This document shows, piece after piece, positions 10,701 to 21,306 of a stretch of DNA of 64,000 bases. The notes under the pieces are model-generated. The model saw only the letters and a list, made by a program, of their open reading frames with translations. It did not search any database and was not told where the DNA came from. This DNA is from Williopsis jadinii (taxonomy: Eukaryota). Where the stretch lies: contig AP024664.1 in the NCBI GenBank assembly GCA_024346625.1, positions 2,976,001-3,040,000 on the forward strand, written 5' to 3'. The translations under genes and the position numbers were made by a program. Position 1 is the stretch's first letter. Each line of letters opens with the position of its first letter.

Positions 10701-11523
10701 GCTCGTGGAAGTTTTCAATCTTGTGATCTAAATCAACCATATGCGCCCATTCTTTCTTCACCACCAGGTCATCCTTATTGATCATAGAACTTCTTCCAAA
10801 ATTTATGTCAATTGGTAGTAGTTCATCAATCTCCTTCTCAAATCCTGAAGATTTGGCCTGTGATTGCTGGACAGAACTTAGTGGTACACCCTCCTGTAAC
10901 TCTTCATCTTCGTTTGGCTCATCATCATCAGCCACATTTTCAAGCTCATCCAAGTCGTTAAGAGAACCTCCGCCAACATACAGTCCTCTAGAAAGACCTA
11001 GTGGGATGTCGAACAGCCCGTCTGAATCCCTATGTAACAATGCTGTTGAGTCCTTTACCGCATTTTTCAGTTGTATTCCACCAGGTTGGAAGGGCAATTG
11101 CGACGTGGAACCTCTCAAAGATTGAGACTCTCCATACGCTCTATTAATACTGATAGATGTAGCAGCATTTGAATTGGCCACATCTGAGCGGTTAACCTCT
11201 TCGGCATAGGTATGGACTTTACCTTCGATGCCCTGACGTTTGAGCCTATACTGTAGCCTGGAGACCCGATCTGGTAATTGTAACAGAGAATCATACATCT
11301 GCACACTGTCCATATCTGGAACCGTTTGCATAACATCCAGTAGGTCCCACGGCAACGAGTTCGAGGGGTTCAGGAAGTGAGACTTCAGTTGGTCCTCAAC
11401 AGTGGCTATTTGCTCTTGTTTGTATGACGTTGTAGTACACGGAGGCACTGGCCCATTAGCGCCGCCACCATCGATTTGTAACTCTTCCAAAAGAGCACTG
11501 ATATCATCAACCACCACAGACAT
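7789..11523 (-). CDS. SKI2: Ski complex DExH RNA helicase
   Basis: AHTSAGKT, DEVH, SAT, QMAGRAGRRG, RGG-rich insert, C-terminal KRDIVFAASLYL. Confidence 0.97.
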   Translation of the reverse strand: MSVVVDDISALLEELQIDGGGANGPVPPCTTTSYKQEQIATVEDQLKSHFLNPSNSLPWDLLDVMQTVPDMDSVQMYDSLLQLPDRVSRLQYRLKRQGIEGKVHTYAEEVNRSDVANSNAATSISINRAYGESQSLRGSTSQLPFQPGGIQLKNAVKDSTALLHRDSDGLFDIPLGLSRGLYVGGGSLNDLDELENVADDDEPNEDEELQEGVPLSSVQQSQAKSSGFEKEIDELLPIDINFGRSSMINKDDLVVKKEWAHMVDLDHKIENFHELIPNMARKWPFELDAFQQEAVYHLEQGDSVFVAAHTSAGKTVVAEYAIAMAKRNMTKAIYTSPIKALSNQKFRDFKETFPEVDVGLITGDVQINPEANCLIMTTEILRSMLYRGADLIRDVEFIIFDEVHYVNDISRGVVWEEVIIMLPDHVKYILLSATVPNTYEFASWIGRTKHKDIYVISTPKRPVPLEINLWGKSKLTKVIDADRKFLDSNYNAYIEMFEGKKKPPQGENAANGTRGGRGGARGGRGGAATGRGGRGGSQGGRGGRGGQGAGNGPNRRGFQMSQPNKNTWPELIHYLNSNALLPAVIFVFSKARCEQYANTLGGIDFCNAKEKSQIHMFIDKAVARLKKEDRELPQIMSIRDFLSRGIAVHHGGLLPIVKEVIEILFAKSLVKVLFATETFAMGLNLPTKTVVFSELRKHDGINFRNLLPGEFTQMAGRAGRRGLDTIGTVIIMSYTEAMARPTIKDVCLGTATKLVSQFRLTYNMILNLLRIEALRVEEMIKHSFSENTTQALLPEHEKKIKSLEDELNNLPPLVIQDPFTEDDLKEVFEDLIKYKDLTRSLIKESMNSALFFKQLKPGRVIVFKDNKGLSRIGVIYKRKDHSEPYNFVVLVFDMGAAELQEATGIPYVSSLKSFIRSNFTPMTYNGDLRFEQVSLEQLELVITYYINVFDLGKKDSDALEKFESNINLALKFQERFKEIDWSAFGTLKINELIQERTDLIQKIKGSPCIKSKHFTEYFASLNKKKSIQDEIALYNSLLNDENLELLPDYEQRLAVLKELDFVDENLNVKLKGRVACEINCGWELILTELVLDNFLGDFDPEEIVALLSAFVYEGKSSQEEEPTITPRLERGKSKIQDIMGQMMDVFERHQVTLTSEEQDFLQRNRFALVNVVYEWARGMTFKEIMELSIEAEGTIVRVITRLDEICREVKSAALIIGDSSLHAKMSEAQEKIKRDIVFAASLYL

Positions 11524-11954
11524 GATAATGGGATAATATCTCTTACAGCCAACACAGTTATCACGCTAAAGTGCTAAAGTATGTCCCTTGTTGTGTGAAG
11601 CTACCTTCCTTCCCATTGCGAAAAGTTGAACATCGATACATGGAAATTAACCCAAACACCAAAACCTGGCTGCGCCCGCTGTTTATTTTTTTGATTTTCT
11701 ATATACAAAGAGGAACTCATGTCAAATAACAAAGATTGGAAGGTTTAACGAGGGTATAAAGAGGTAGATAGTGTCAAGGGAAGATTAGAAACAGGGAAGA
11801 ACGAGAAGAGCAGCATAGCATAATTGAGATGGCTGTGCTAAAGAAAATAAAACAAAGGTAATAGTCTGTATGTATATGTGCATGTGGGAAATATATGGAA
11901 ACATGTATTTCATATAGACCCACATTAGTTCTGTTTCTTTCATTCTCATTGCAA

Positions 11955-13907
11955 TTACTCCTCCTCAGAGCTCTCAGAGCTCACATCATCGTCAGAGTTA
12001 TCCGAATCGTTTGCATTACCAGTAGCAAAGCTAGAGTTAACTGGTGTTGAACCTTGATCCAACAGCTCAATCTTTTTCTTCAAGTCTTCAATTTGACGGG
12101 ATTGCTCAGCTTCTGACAAGTTCTTACCCTTTTTGGTCTTTTTAGCGATAGATGCCGAAGCAGAACGACGGTGGCCGTTGCTCGTTGGTTTCTTCTTGAC
12201 AACGAGGTTGTACAGCTTCGTGAGGGTAGTGTTATCGAGTTGATCCATATCAAGCTCAATCTCCTCACCGTTCTGATTATTGATATTCATAGCTTCGGAG
12301 ATGATCGCTAAAACTTGGTTGAGTTTCTTTTCTGGCAACTCGCTAATCTTTTCACTAAGCTCCTTCTTCATATCATAAGTAAGAACCATTTCCTGGGCAG
12401 CTGTACTGACTCTTCTCTTCTTCTTTTGTTTAGCCTTTGTCTTCTTCTTTTTTGGTCTCTCTTTTCTGAGCCTCTCCAGTTCATCTTTTTTCAGCTTGTC
12501 CAACTGTTGTTTCATTCTTTGAATCTGTTCTTCAAGGAACTGTATGGCTGGGTTCGTGATGCTCGATTCATCAATCTCCTCTTCCTCTGAAGGTGCTTCT
12601 GACTCGTACTCTTCTTCAGAATGGCTTGGAGTAGGAGCTGGAACTGGTCTATCAATCCATCTCTTATCAAATATGGCCTCCAGTCTGTGTCCCATCATGT
12701 TCACAGCAGTGCCTTCTGGGTTAAACACATAACAATTCTTGAAAACAAGACGTACATCATGTTCGAATTCATCTGCGTTTTCGTACTGGTTGTTATTGAG
12801 CTTATTTTGAATTGTGGAGAAATCCATCGGTTCCTTGACATAGTCAAAGTAGGTTGGGCAATTAAGAGCGACGGGATCAACAGGTTCCAAGAATGGAAAG
12901 TTAAAAGATTCGTACTTTTTCGACGTCAACTCTTTCAACACTTGTTGAGAGAACCTTAACTCTGCAACGAATTTTTTCTTTCTAGGTCTCACGTCATACG
13001 GCAGATCTTTTGTCTTTGGTGGGTGAATCTCCCTCTTAGGTCTTCCATTGGCAACGGAATCTCTTCTGATAGTTGGCACTCCTTCGCTATTCAATTCGCC
13101 TGGAGTAGAGCTGGCTTTTCTGCGAGCACCATTAGCCTTCCCAGCGAGAGCTGCATCTCTAGGTGGCATGTTCAGCATGTGCTTTTCAAAACTTGCCTGT
13201 ATATTTCTGGCCATCTGAGCTATCACTGAATCCGCACCGTTGAAACGAGCACAGTTGTCAACCATGAGGTTAAAATCGTCAACAAAATCTTTCACATCTG
13301 CGTAGGCATTTAACGTAAGTTTCTTTTCAATGGTCGAGAGATCCATTGGTCTCTTGATGAAATTATAATACAATGGGATGTTGAGCTTTACGATATCGAC
13401 AGGCAGCAGGAAGGGAGAAGCATCTTTCATTCTTTTCACAATCTTCACCACACGAACGGCATAGCTCTGTTGATGTTTTGGAATAGGATCTTGTGGGAGG
13501 TTATTCATATCTGGTTCAGAGGGAGGCTTTGGCGCAGGTTCCATCGATTCAACAGCAGGGGCATTTGCCACCGCGTCTTCCTGTTTTGGCTTCTCAACAC
13601 TTGCGGAACCGTCTTGCTCAGTCTTAGACTCAGCAGTTTCAGTGGCAACCTCAGAAGTTGCGGCGCCTGTCTCCGTGGTATTGCTGACAGGCTCATCGGT
13701 ATCCACTGCCGGTGGCACCTCAGCAGCCTCATCCTTTGTTGCCTCAGTTGGCTTCTCTGAAGTCTCCGGCTCAGCTTCATCGGCCTTCACTCTCTTTGCA
13801 TCGCTCTCAGGTTTATCTTCAAGGTCATGTTTTACTGGGCTTATTGTATCAACAGCTTGTGTAACAGGTACGGATGCATCCTCCTTTTGTACCTCCTCCA
13901 TTGACAT
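11955..13907 (-). CDS. BDF1: BET double-bromodomain protein
   Basis: Two bromodomains (PFLLPVD..PMDLSTI; FPFLEPVD..PMDFSTI), ET domain, acidic SEED tail. Confidence 0.95.
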   Translation of the reverse strand: MSMEEVQKEDASVPVTQAVDTISPVKHDLEDKPESDAKRVKADEAEPETSEKPTEATKDEAAEVPPAVDTDEPVSNTTETGAATSEVATETAESKTEQDGSASVEKPKQEDAVANAPAVESMEPAPKPPSEPDMNNLPQDPIPKHQQSYAVRVVKIVKRMKDASPFLLPVDIVKLNIPLYYNFIKRPMDLSTIEKKLTLNAYADVKDFVDDFNLMVDNCARFNGADSVIAQMARNIQASFEKHMLNMPPRDAALAGKANGARRKASSTPGELNSEGVPTIRRDSVANGRPKREIHPPKTKDLPYDVRPRKKKFVAELRFSQQVLKELTSKKYESFNFPFLEPVDPVALNCPTYFDYVKEPMDFSTIQNKLNNNQYENADEFEHDVRLVFKNCYVFNPEGTAVNMMGHRLEAIFDKRWIDRPVPAPTPSHSEEEYESEAPSEEEEIDESSITNPAIQFLEEQIQRMKQQLDKLKKDELERLRKERPKKKKTKAKQKKKRRVSTAAQEMVLTYDMKKELSEKISELPEKKLNQVLAIISEAMNINNQNGEEIELDMDQLDNTTLTKLYNLVVKKKPTSNGHRRSASASIAKKTKKGKNLSEAEQSRQIEDLKKKIELLDQGSTPVNSSFATGNANDSDNSDDDVSSESSEEE

Positions 13908-14809
13908 TCTTTTATACGATAAACAATAACACTAATGAAAACAACAACAAACAGAACAACAACGGCAACAACAACAAACACAACAACAATGGAAGGTGTT
14001 TGGATGTGTTATCAAACGCGCGCGGATAAAATTCCTTTGACGAGAAAAAGAAGATCCGAGATTCGCGAACTTTCTCCAATGACAAGCACTGAAAAAAAAA
14101 ACACAAAAACCAACTTCTGAAAACCGGGATTCTCTGCCATTTAAATACTCAGGCCGTTCGTGCAGTGTCAACGAAGGCAAAAACGCGGTTTTAGCCAACT
14201 TTTTATCCGTGCTGAGATTTACGCATGTGAAATATTAAACGAGCCTGGGATTTACCGGGTGGCAAAGTGCCAGTGAACTACGTAAAAGGATGCTTCCAAC
14301 AAACTAACTGTGGATTGCGATGGACTCGATGCTCATAGTGCTAACTTGACGCCAACCTTGTTGTTTATTGACGGTTGTAAATTTCTCATCCAACTTGAAA
14401 AAACCAAAAAGAGGGTGGTCGCGAATAACTAAGTGCTGACTCGTGACTATTTCCTGTTGTTTTTTCTGTTTTTTTGGTGTTTACCGGTGATCATTTGGAT
14501 TTAAACCCGACGTGTTCTTTTGTTGTTGTTTTTTTTTTTGGTTTTTGAATCTGCATTTGCTCTTTTCGGCACAATTGCGATATTGCACCTTTTTTTTCTT
14601 GACGGGGCAGGTTTTGCAAAAAAAATCCCGTTGTCGAGGTAACGTGGTCGGTTAACCGGGGGAACGAAAAAGAAATTAACTTTTACAACCGTGTTGCACA
14701 TAAGAGGTAGATACTGCAATGAAGTCTTATCATGTTCAGCTAATGGAGTTGAATCGTCGTTGGAAATCATATGGCTTTGAAATATATAATACATGGTCAT
14801 GATGAACGT

Positions 14810-16819
14810 TCAAAGATGAATGGTCAATAGATCATTTGAACTGAATTGCTTGTTGCAAGAGGGACACTTACGCATTCTAGCAGCTAGTCTCTCCTTAGCG
14901 CACGATTCACAAAAGACATGTCCACATGTCTTTATAGCAGTGTCTTTCCAGTTTTTAGAACATAACGAGCAGTATATCAGAGAACGGAAGTTATCAATCT
15001 CTGAGGAATCTTCAAGTGACCCTGTTTGCTTGAATCGTTGAATCAGTTTCTCCTGCGAGGATAGCTTCGACTTCAGTTGTGCATTTTCAGAGCTCTTTGA
15101 AGCATCTGTTATCAAAAGAGATTCGTGTTCATCTTTCAAGACTGCAAAGTCTTGCGTAATCTTCTTTGACTGTGTCGTTTCCAACTTGAGCCTTTCTTCG
15201 AGATTGGTATTCTTGATACGATATTCCTTCAATTCTAGTTCTTTTTTAGCCAAGAGTGTCTTCAACTCCGTCAATTCAGTGTTTAACGCATCAATCTTGA
15301 CCTTATACTCCTGTTGTGAAGACTCAAGTTTGTCGAAGTTAGTCTTCAACATCTTGAACGATGTCTCGAGCTTATCCCGAGTCACCTGTTGGTACTTTTC
15401 ACCTTCCATGAGCATTCTATACTTTGAGTCGACTTTGATCTTTGCCACATCCAGCTCTTTCTTTCTTTTCTCTTCCTCCACAGCACTGAGGATCTTTGGT
15501 ACACGTACAGATTGCAACTGCTGGAAGGCCATCTCTAACTCAGAAATCTCCTTTAGCAATAACGCGTTCTTCTTCTGTAGCTGTTCCAAGTCTGTCGCGT
15601 CGCTCGGAACTATATTGTTCAGCTGGGATTCTAGACTTAGGCTTGAAATCTGCTTCTCCTGCGCAGTTACAAGCTCTTTTAAATCGTTCATCACCTTCCA
15701 GTTGTTCTTCTGTTTTAATACATCAATCTCAGTGAGGTAAAGATCTCTCTGATTTCTCAACCTCTCTTCCTTCTCCTTGGTTTCAGCTAATTCCTTCATG
15801 AGATTGTTCTTCTCGGAGTTGAATTTTTCCAAGGCCTTCTCCTGCTGTGTTGAATTGTCATTGCTCTCCTTCAAGTCATTTTCCAAAAGTTCTATCTTCT
15901 GAACAAGTTCAAGTTGTTTAGATTGCAAATCATCTTTCTGTTTTTGTAATTGTTGATATTTGTCAGAGTTTCTGACAATCTCATCTGTATCGACCTGTAC
16001 ATTTATGGATGACGAGAGTTTACTGAATTTTTCAATATTTTCAGATATTGTATTCTTTTGAGCAGTTATTATCGCCTGTTGTTCTGCAATTTGTGCTGTC
16101 AATGCTTCCAGCTGATTCTCATCAACTTGCATAGGTCCTACGGTGGTTTCACCTTTCACACTGTTGGAACGAGACTCTGGCTTGACCTCGTCTTCTGTAT
16201 GCTCCTCCTTGGGCTTCAAAACCCTAGCGAGCGTTTTGCTGGTAGATCTTTCAAATTCATTAGAAAGTTCTTTGAAATCTTCGAGCAATTTAGCATGCTT
16301 CTTGTTTAACACTTTGTTCTGGATCTTGAGGGCATCGTACTTCGCCGACACGTTATGGAGTTCCTTATTGATGCTGGCGACGGAATTCTTAGCATCCGCA
16401 CTTAAAGCACCGCCAAACCTCTGAACCAGAGATACAAACTTCTCCTTCTTTGAGTTCAAAGTGCTAATGAGGCTCTCATCAGTTACACTGGAAGGAATAC
16501 TCAAGAAAAAGTCAAGGTCAGAAACATCATCTTTTTGTGTTGATACACCAGTTACAAATTCCAAGAACTGGTCAACCCATTGAGACAGCAGTATAGAACT
16601 TGAAGTCAGTGAATCGAACTCAGTCTCTAGGAGAGCATACTCGCCTTTGATGACTTTAACTTCGGACCTGTACTTCTGAAGTTGTCTAAAGATGGCTTCC
16701 TTCTGGAAATATACAACGTCCTTTTGAGTTAGCGGACCAGACTCAGACAGCGTGTCAAGTACCTTCCGCTTCTTGAGCTCAATACCGTTAGCCTCTTCAG
16801 ACTCTCTTTTCGTGCTCAT
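14810..16819 (-). CDS. BRE1: Histone H2B E3 ubiquitin ligase
   Basis: GPLTQKDVVYFQKEAIFR N-terminal motif, long coiled coil, C-terminal RING CSLC..CGHVFCESC..RMRKCPSC. Confidence 0.95.
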   Translation of the reverse strand: MSTKRESEEANGIELKKRKVLDTLSESGPLTQKDVVYFQKEAIFRQLQKYRSEVKVIKGEYALLETEFDSLTSSSILLSQWVDQFLEFVTGVSTQKDDVSDLDFFLSIPSSVTDESLISTLNSKKEKFVSLVQRFGGALSADAKNSVASINKELHNVSAKYDALKIQNKVLNKKHAKLLEDFKELSNEFERSTSKTLARVLKPKEEHTEDEVKPESRSNSVKGETTVGPMQVDENQLEALTAQIAEQQAIITAQKNTISENIEKFSKLSSSINVQVDTDEIVRNSDKYQQLQKQKDDLQSKQLELVQKIELLENDLKESNDNSTQQEKALEKFNSEKNNLMKELAETKEKEERLRNQRDLYLTEIDVLKQKNNWKVMNDLKELVTAQEKQISSLSLESQLNNIVPSDATDLEQLQKKNALLLKEISELEMAFQQLQSVRVPKILSAVEEEKRKKELDVAKIKVDSKYRMLMEGEKYQQVTRDKLETSFKMLKTNFDKLESSQQEYKVKIDALNTELTELKTLLAKKELELKEYRIKNTNLEERLKLETTQSKKITQDFAVLKDEHESLLITDASKSSENAQLKSKLSSQEKLIQRFKQTGSLEDSSEIDNFRSLIYCSLCSKNWKDTAIKTCGHVFCESCAKERLAARMRKCPSCNKQFSSNDLLTIHL

Positions 16820-17110
16820 GTTCAACTAAGCTTCAAGGGAATTTGAACCAGTAACCGCGTATTCGGCCTTTCTTTCAATAACAAACAAACTATCTTGCGT
16901 TGACTTTTTTTTTCAAGAAAATGAAAGGAAAAAAAAAATTGGCGCTGATGGCCTTCCAATTACGAGGGATGGTCGGAGTTTACCACTTTGGGAAATAAAC
17001 CCACTTCGACCTCGCTGTGATATCGCAGTTTCCAATGATATACATCGATTGGTCATAAATAAAAGGGTCGTTAGTTTTGATTGTCATTATATAGTATAGA
17101 TAGATAGTAT

Positions 17111-20100
17111 TTAGTTAATCACATTTGAGGATACCTTGGACTTTCTAAAGTTTGGTCCTCCAAATTCTAGCAATGGGTCAACAAATGCGTATTCGTCGCT
17201 CTGCAAATCTGCACCAATCTTGGAGAACTTTTCATACTCTTCAACAATTTGGTTCCATTCGTTGACGAATTTACCAAGAAGCATGTAGTTCTTCACCTTT
17301 GGGAAGCTCACCTCGGACGAAACGGTTCTAGATGCGGTGCTTGTTCTCGGTATGATCAAAAACTCATCGTCATCTTCTTCAACCTCAGCAAACGCCATCA
17401 TTCCATAATTTTGATTGGTAAACAGTCCATTAGCTGTCTCGAATGGTAATTCAGGCTTCTCTGGTAGCTGTGTTTTTATCAAATCCTTGTAAAAGCCCCC
17501 TTGCTTATTCTTTATAATTCTTTGAAGTAACTGAACCGACTGTTGTGATACTGTAAGGTGAAACTTCAGTCTGAAGTGCTTTAGAGGTGGAATCGTTGTA
17601 AGTAATTCTGGTGGCGTGGGTAGTGCCTCCATAGAGATTGCATGTGACAGCTTTGAAGTTGATGATGAATTCGAAGATGCCCTTGAATATGTTGATGAGG
17701 AAACTGTTCTAGAGGTTGGGATCAGGAAAGCCTCAAAGTCTTCATCAGATATTTCGGAAAAAGACGAAGTGGATGATGAGAATGAGCTTGGCGATTTCTT
17801 TATGAGATTGGGCGATTTTGATATATTGCCATGCGAGGGGAAAGAACTGAAACTGGTGGATAAGTATGGTGAGGTTCTTAAAGGTTGCCCCTCTTGAAGA
17901 ATAACCGGCGAGGAGTATGATGATGGTATGTTATTCTGCGTCTTAATCTCTTGTGATGAGCCAACCTTTTTGAAAAAACTTAAGGCGCTGCTCAATATTG
18001 GGACACGTGCCAGACTTGTACCAGAAGAAGACCGCGATGCTGATATAGGCGATGATGGGCTCGATGCGTGTGGTCTAGTAGTTGACCCAGAAGAGCCCAG
18101 GGATGAAGAATAGATAGCATCGTCAAATATGTCATACGCATATACCGTCCTGGTGGACGGTAATAGTAACGTTGTTGTGGAGGACCCTGACGACATTGAT
18201 GAAGGCAAGAAACGTGACTCTTCAAAAGATTGCAAAATATCGATACAGGCTGATGACAAAGCCTTTGGGTCCATATATGTGATGATGAATTTCATATTGG
18301 GAACAGGGTTTGATGCTGAAAGGTCCATTGTGTTAATCAATGTCATGGGGTTTGACTCTTTGAATGATGAGAATAAATCGTATGTAATTGCCAAATTTGA
18401 CTTTACCACCTGTTTGAAGTTCAAATAGCTTCCATAATTATCACTTGAGCTTCCAATAATCTTAAAAACCACCAGTCTCATATAGAAATGTCTCACGAGT
18501 GGATCCCAATGACCAAAGAGCATCTCCCATATTGGCTTTGAAATCATGTATGAAGTGATGTTGTAAATTAGTGTCAGATCGCTATTGGATATCCATTCTG
18601 CATACTCCAATTCTTCATTATCCACAGAGTGATTCAAGGGCATCATTGGCCATATGTTGAACAAATACGTCAATGCCCTTCCTTGAGATGTGATATAATC
18701 CGTATGAATCATTCTTACCAAACCAGATATCCAAAACTTCCAATTCAGCAAAGATGAGAATTTCTGTGAATCATGTTGCAAATATATTATGAATTCCATC
18801 AGCAACTCATAAACTACCTCACAAGATGTTGACGCATAGACAGTGATCTTCTGCGCCCTATTAAGCAACAGACGTTCAAAGATTGCCACGACGTGAGATG
18901 CCAAATTCTCATCACATTCATATATGACACTTCTGAGTAAGGAGAAATATGATATTATGGGCAACTTGCTGATGAACTTGTGAATGTTGAATTTGTCGGA
19001 CCCCTGAGTAGCAGAAGCATAAACTGCATCCATAGTCATCGACTTTGAACTACTATCTGGACTTGAACACTGCTGTCTGAATTTCAAAATGCTCATACAA
19101 CTATGGTTGAACACTTGTTCGATATGGGCGTAAATGATGACGAATCCTGGGAAGTGGAATAACTCATCCGAACGTTTGGCAGGATAGACATTAAAACAGA
19201 GAGTCAAATAGTGTCTTAGGAAGGAGCAGAAGATATCAGATTCGTAATCTGCCCAGCGTTTCACCCAGGGACTATTTTTCACACTGATTTGGAAGCCTTC
19301 AAAGGAAGTATCAACTGGTGGTTGCATGCAGTTTGCTCTCGCCAGATTAACTTCCAACTTTTCGTTGGGGTCCACCTTATAATCTCCTCGATAATCTATG
19401 AGACTGTTCACACACTTCTGGAATACTTTCACTCTGCGGTTACCGACAGGCTTTGGCAGTTGTTCAATCAATGCGTGGATTGAAAAGTTCTTCACAAAAA
19501 GTGTGAACAACAAGATTCTGGCAAACCCATCAATGTGAATGTAGGAAAAGGCAAAGAGTTTACCTATGAAGGCGGACACTGGTAGAGAGATGGTTTTCAT
19601 CGTCAACAGTCTCGTGAAGGCATACCCCAAAGTGCTTTCCAGCTGGCGTGAGAATACTTCTGCCTGTGCCATGCTCCATTCCTTTCTAGCCATGATACGG
19701 CTAATGCACTCCAAATAAACACTTCTCTCAGCGCTCGACATACGCTCCCCAACTAGCTCAGACAGTAGTAGGTTCCACCAGTCCATCAACACCTTCACAC
19801 CGTAGGCGGCAGTTCTGTTGACGAACTGGCGCATCTCCTTCTTGTGGAACTCAGGGTCCAGAGTAGAATCAGTCTTGAGCCGTAAAAACCTCAGAACAAC
19901 CAGCCGAAGTAGATTTGTCTTCGACACCTGTGTGCTTTTGGCCTGGAACTTACCCAGCTGGGATTGTAGCTCCTTGTAATCCATGAGCAGCTCTCTACAG
20001 CTCGTCCTCACCTGTTCATTCGAGTGTTGTGTGGGCAAGTTGAAGGGTAGAGAGGATATCCTACTTCGTGAAGCTGACAGCGAATCAGAGCTTGAGTTTC

Positions 20101-20206
20101 TTGAGGAGGCCGAAGGAGAGCGGTATGCAGTCTGTGGTTTCTCTATTTCCATTACCCTCTGTGTCCTTATTCCTTCCAGTGGCTTCCCCATAGTGTAGGG
20201 CTCCAT
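17111..20206 (-). CDS. AHK1: Ahk1/YDL073W-like scaffold protein (DUF1765-like)
   Basis: FGHWDPLVRHFYMRLVVFKI-type motif, Ser-rich C-terminal region; adjacent to BRE1 as YDL073W/YDL074C; first ATG at 20206. Confidence 0.7.
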   Translation of the reverse strand: MEPYTMGKPLEGIRTQRVMEIEKPQTAYRSPSASSRNSSSDSLSASRSRISSLPFNLPTQHSNEQVRTSCRELLMDYKELQSQLGKFQAKSTQVSKTNLLRLVVLRFLRLKTDSTLDPEFHKKEMRQFVNRTAAYGVKVLMDWWNLLLSELVGERMSSAERSVYLECISRIMARKEWSMAQAEVFSRQLESTLGYAFTRLLTMKTISLPVSAFIGKLFAFSYIHIDGFARILLFTLFVKNFSIHALIEQLPKPVGNRRVKVFQKCVNSLIDYRGDYKVDPNEKLEVNLARANCMQPPVDTSFEGFQISVKNSPWVKRWADYESDIFCSFLRHYLTLCFNVYPAKRSDELFHFPGFVIIYAHIEQVFNHSCMSILKFRQQCSSPDSSSKSMTMDAVYASATQGSDKFNIHKFISKLPIISYFSLLRSVIYECDENLASHVVAIFERLLLNRAQKITVYASTSCEVVYELLMEFIIYLQHDSQKFSSLLNWKFWISGLVRMIHTDYITSQGRALTYLFNIWPMMPLNHSVDNEELEYAEWISNSDLTLIYNITSYMISKPIWEMLFGHWDPLVRHFYMRLVVFKIIGSSSDNYGSYLNFKQVVKSNLAITYDLFSSFKESNPMTLINTMDLSASNPVPNMKFIITYMDPKALSSACIDILQSFEESRFLPSSMSSGSSTTTLLLPSTRTVYAYDIFDDAIYSSSLGSSGSTTRPHASSPSSPISASRSSSGTSLARVPILSSALSFFKKVGSSQEIKTQNNIPSSYSSPVILQEGQPLRTSPYLSTSFSSFPSHGNISKSPNLIKKSPSSFSSSTSSFSEISDEDFEAFLIPTSRTVSSSTYSRASSNSSSTSKLSHAISMEALPTPPELLTTIPPLKHFRLKFHLTVSQQSVQLLQRIIKNKQGGFYKDLIKTQLPEKPELPFETANGLFTNQNYGMMAFAEVEEDDDEFLIIPRTSTASRTVSSEVSFPKVKNYMLLGKFVNEWNQIVEEYEKFSKIGADLQSDEYAFVDPLLEFGGPNFRKSKVSSNVIN

Positions 20207-20461
20207 GTTCTGATCACAACAAACACCCCTAACCACTATAAAAATACAATACTGCTTGATTTCAAGGGAAATAATTATAGGAATACCACCAGGTGGGTGT
20301 GCTGGGTGAAGTTTGTCTCTTGTCCTGTGAGGCTAAGTGATATTGGGGACTCAGCTAAGCGCACGCACAGAGCCTGCACAGAAAATCTAGAGAAAGCACA
20401 CAAAAAACTTAAAAATAGGCTCTTGCTGCTGCTCTGCCGAAACATCCTCTCAGTTTGTTTC

Positions 20462-20489
20462 AGCCTGGAGCCTGGAGCCTGGAGCCTGG
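20462..20489. repeat. AGCCTGG x4 in the AHK1 upstream region
   Basis: Direct read. Confidence 0.9.
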
Positions 20490-21306
20490 AACCACTGATT
20501 TCCCTCGCTGTGCCTCTTTTTTTTCCCTTCCCTCTGAGCAGGCAGCTGCAGCAAAACGTCAAGCTGAAATTAGCGGTTTCAATTGGTACGCAACATTCTA
20601 CAGGATGGGGGGAGAAAAAGAGGGACGTTCAAAGTAAATAAACACACCAATCTATCTGGTTGACACTGAATATAAGCCTGGATACACATATAGTCTGATT
20701 CTGTAACGCTGTGAGTGGAATTAACAAGGGTCCTCCATGGTTTTGTTTCCTTCCGAAGTTGAACGGGCTAAGCTTGCGAATGGGTTTTCCTGCAACCTTT
20801 TGAAAATCTTGATTGCTCCGCTGCATTCCACCACAAAGCCTTGGGCTCAAAGCAAACAGGCCCAAGGGGGAAAATACGGAGTTAGCGTACGGCAGATAGG
20901 CTTAGGATTCTAGATTCGCATGTTTCGAGGGAAAATGTCAAAGCCGCACTGCTTCCTCCCAGCCAAGCGGTGCTTAGTTGTTGTTTAACGAGCGATATAC
21001 ATCGATGGCAGTGTTGCGAGTTCCATATATGCATGTATATGAGTGTTGTCCTGTACTTGTGCCACTTGCGAGAGCTTAGCGATTATGTCATTTCCCTGAG
21101 CTGCTTGGTTGATGGTGGTAAACAAAGGTGTCATTGTTTACCTTCTTGGCCTAGGGCCCCAATAGGGTAGGGGGTGGTTTGGTGGGAGAAACCAGCCTCT
21201 CCATGAAGTATGAGGGCGTCTGTCACCCAATAAGGCTTGTATCGGGGGATATAAGCGTAAGTTGTTCTAAGCCAACCCTCGTCAGTGGGAAGCGATCAGT
21301 AGGGAA

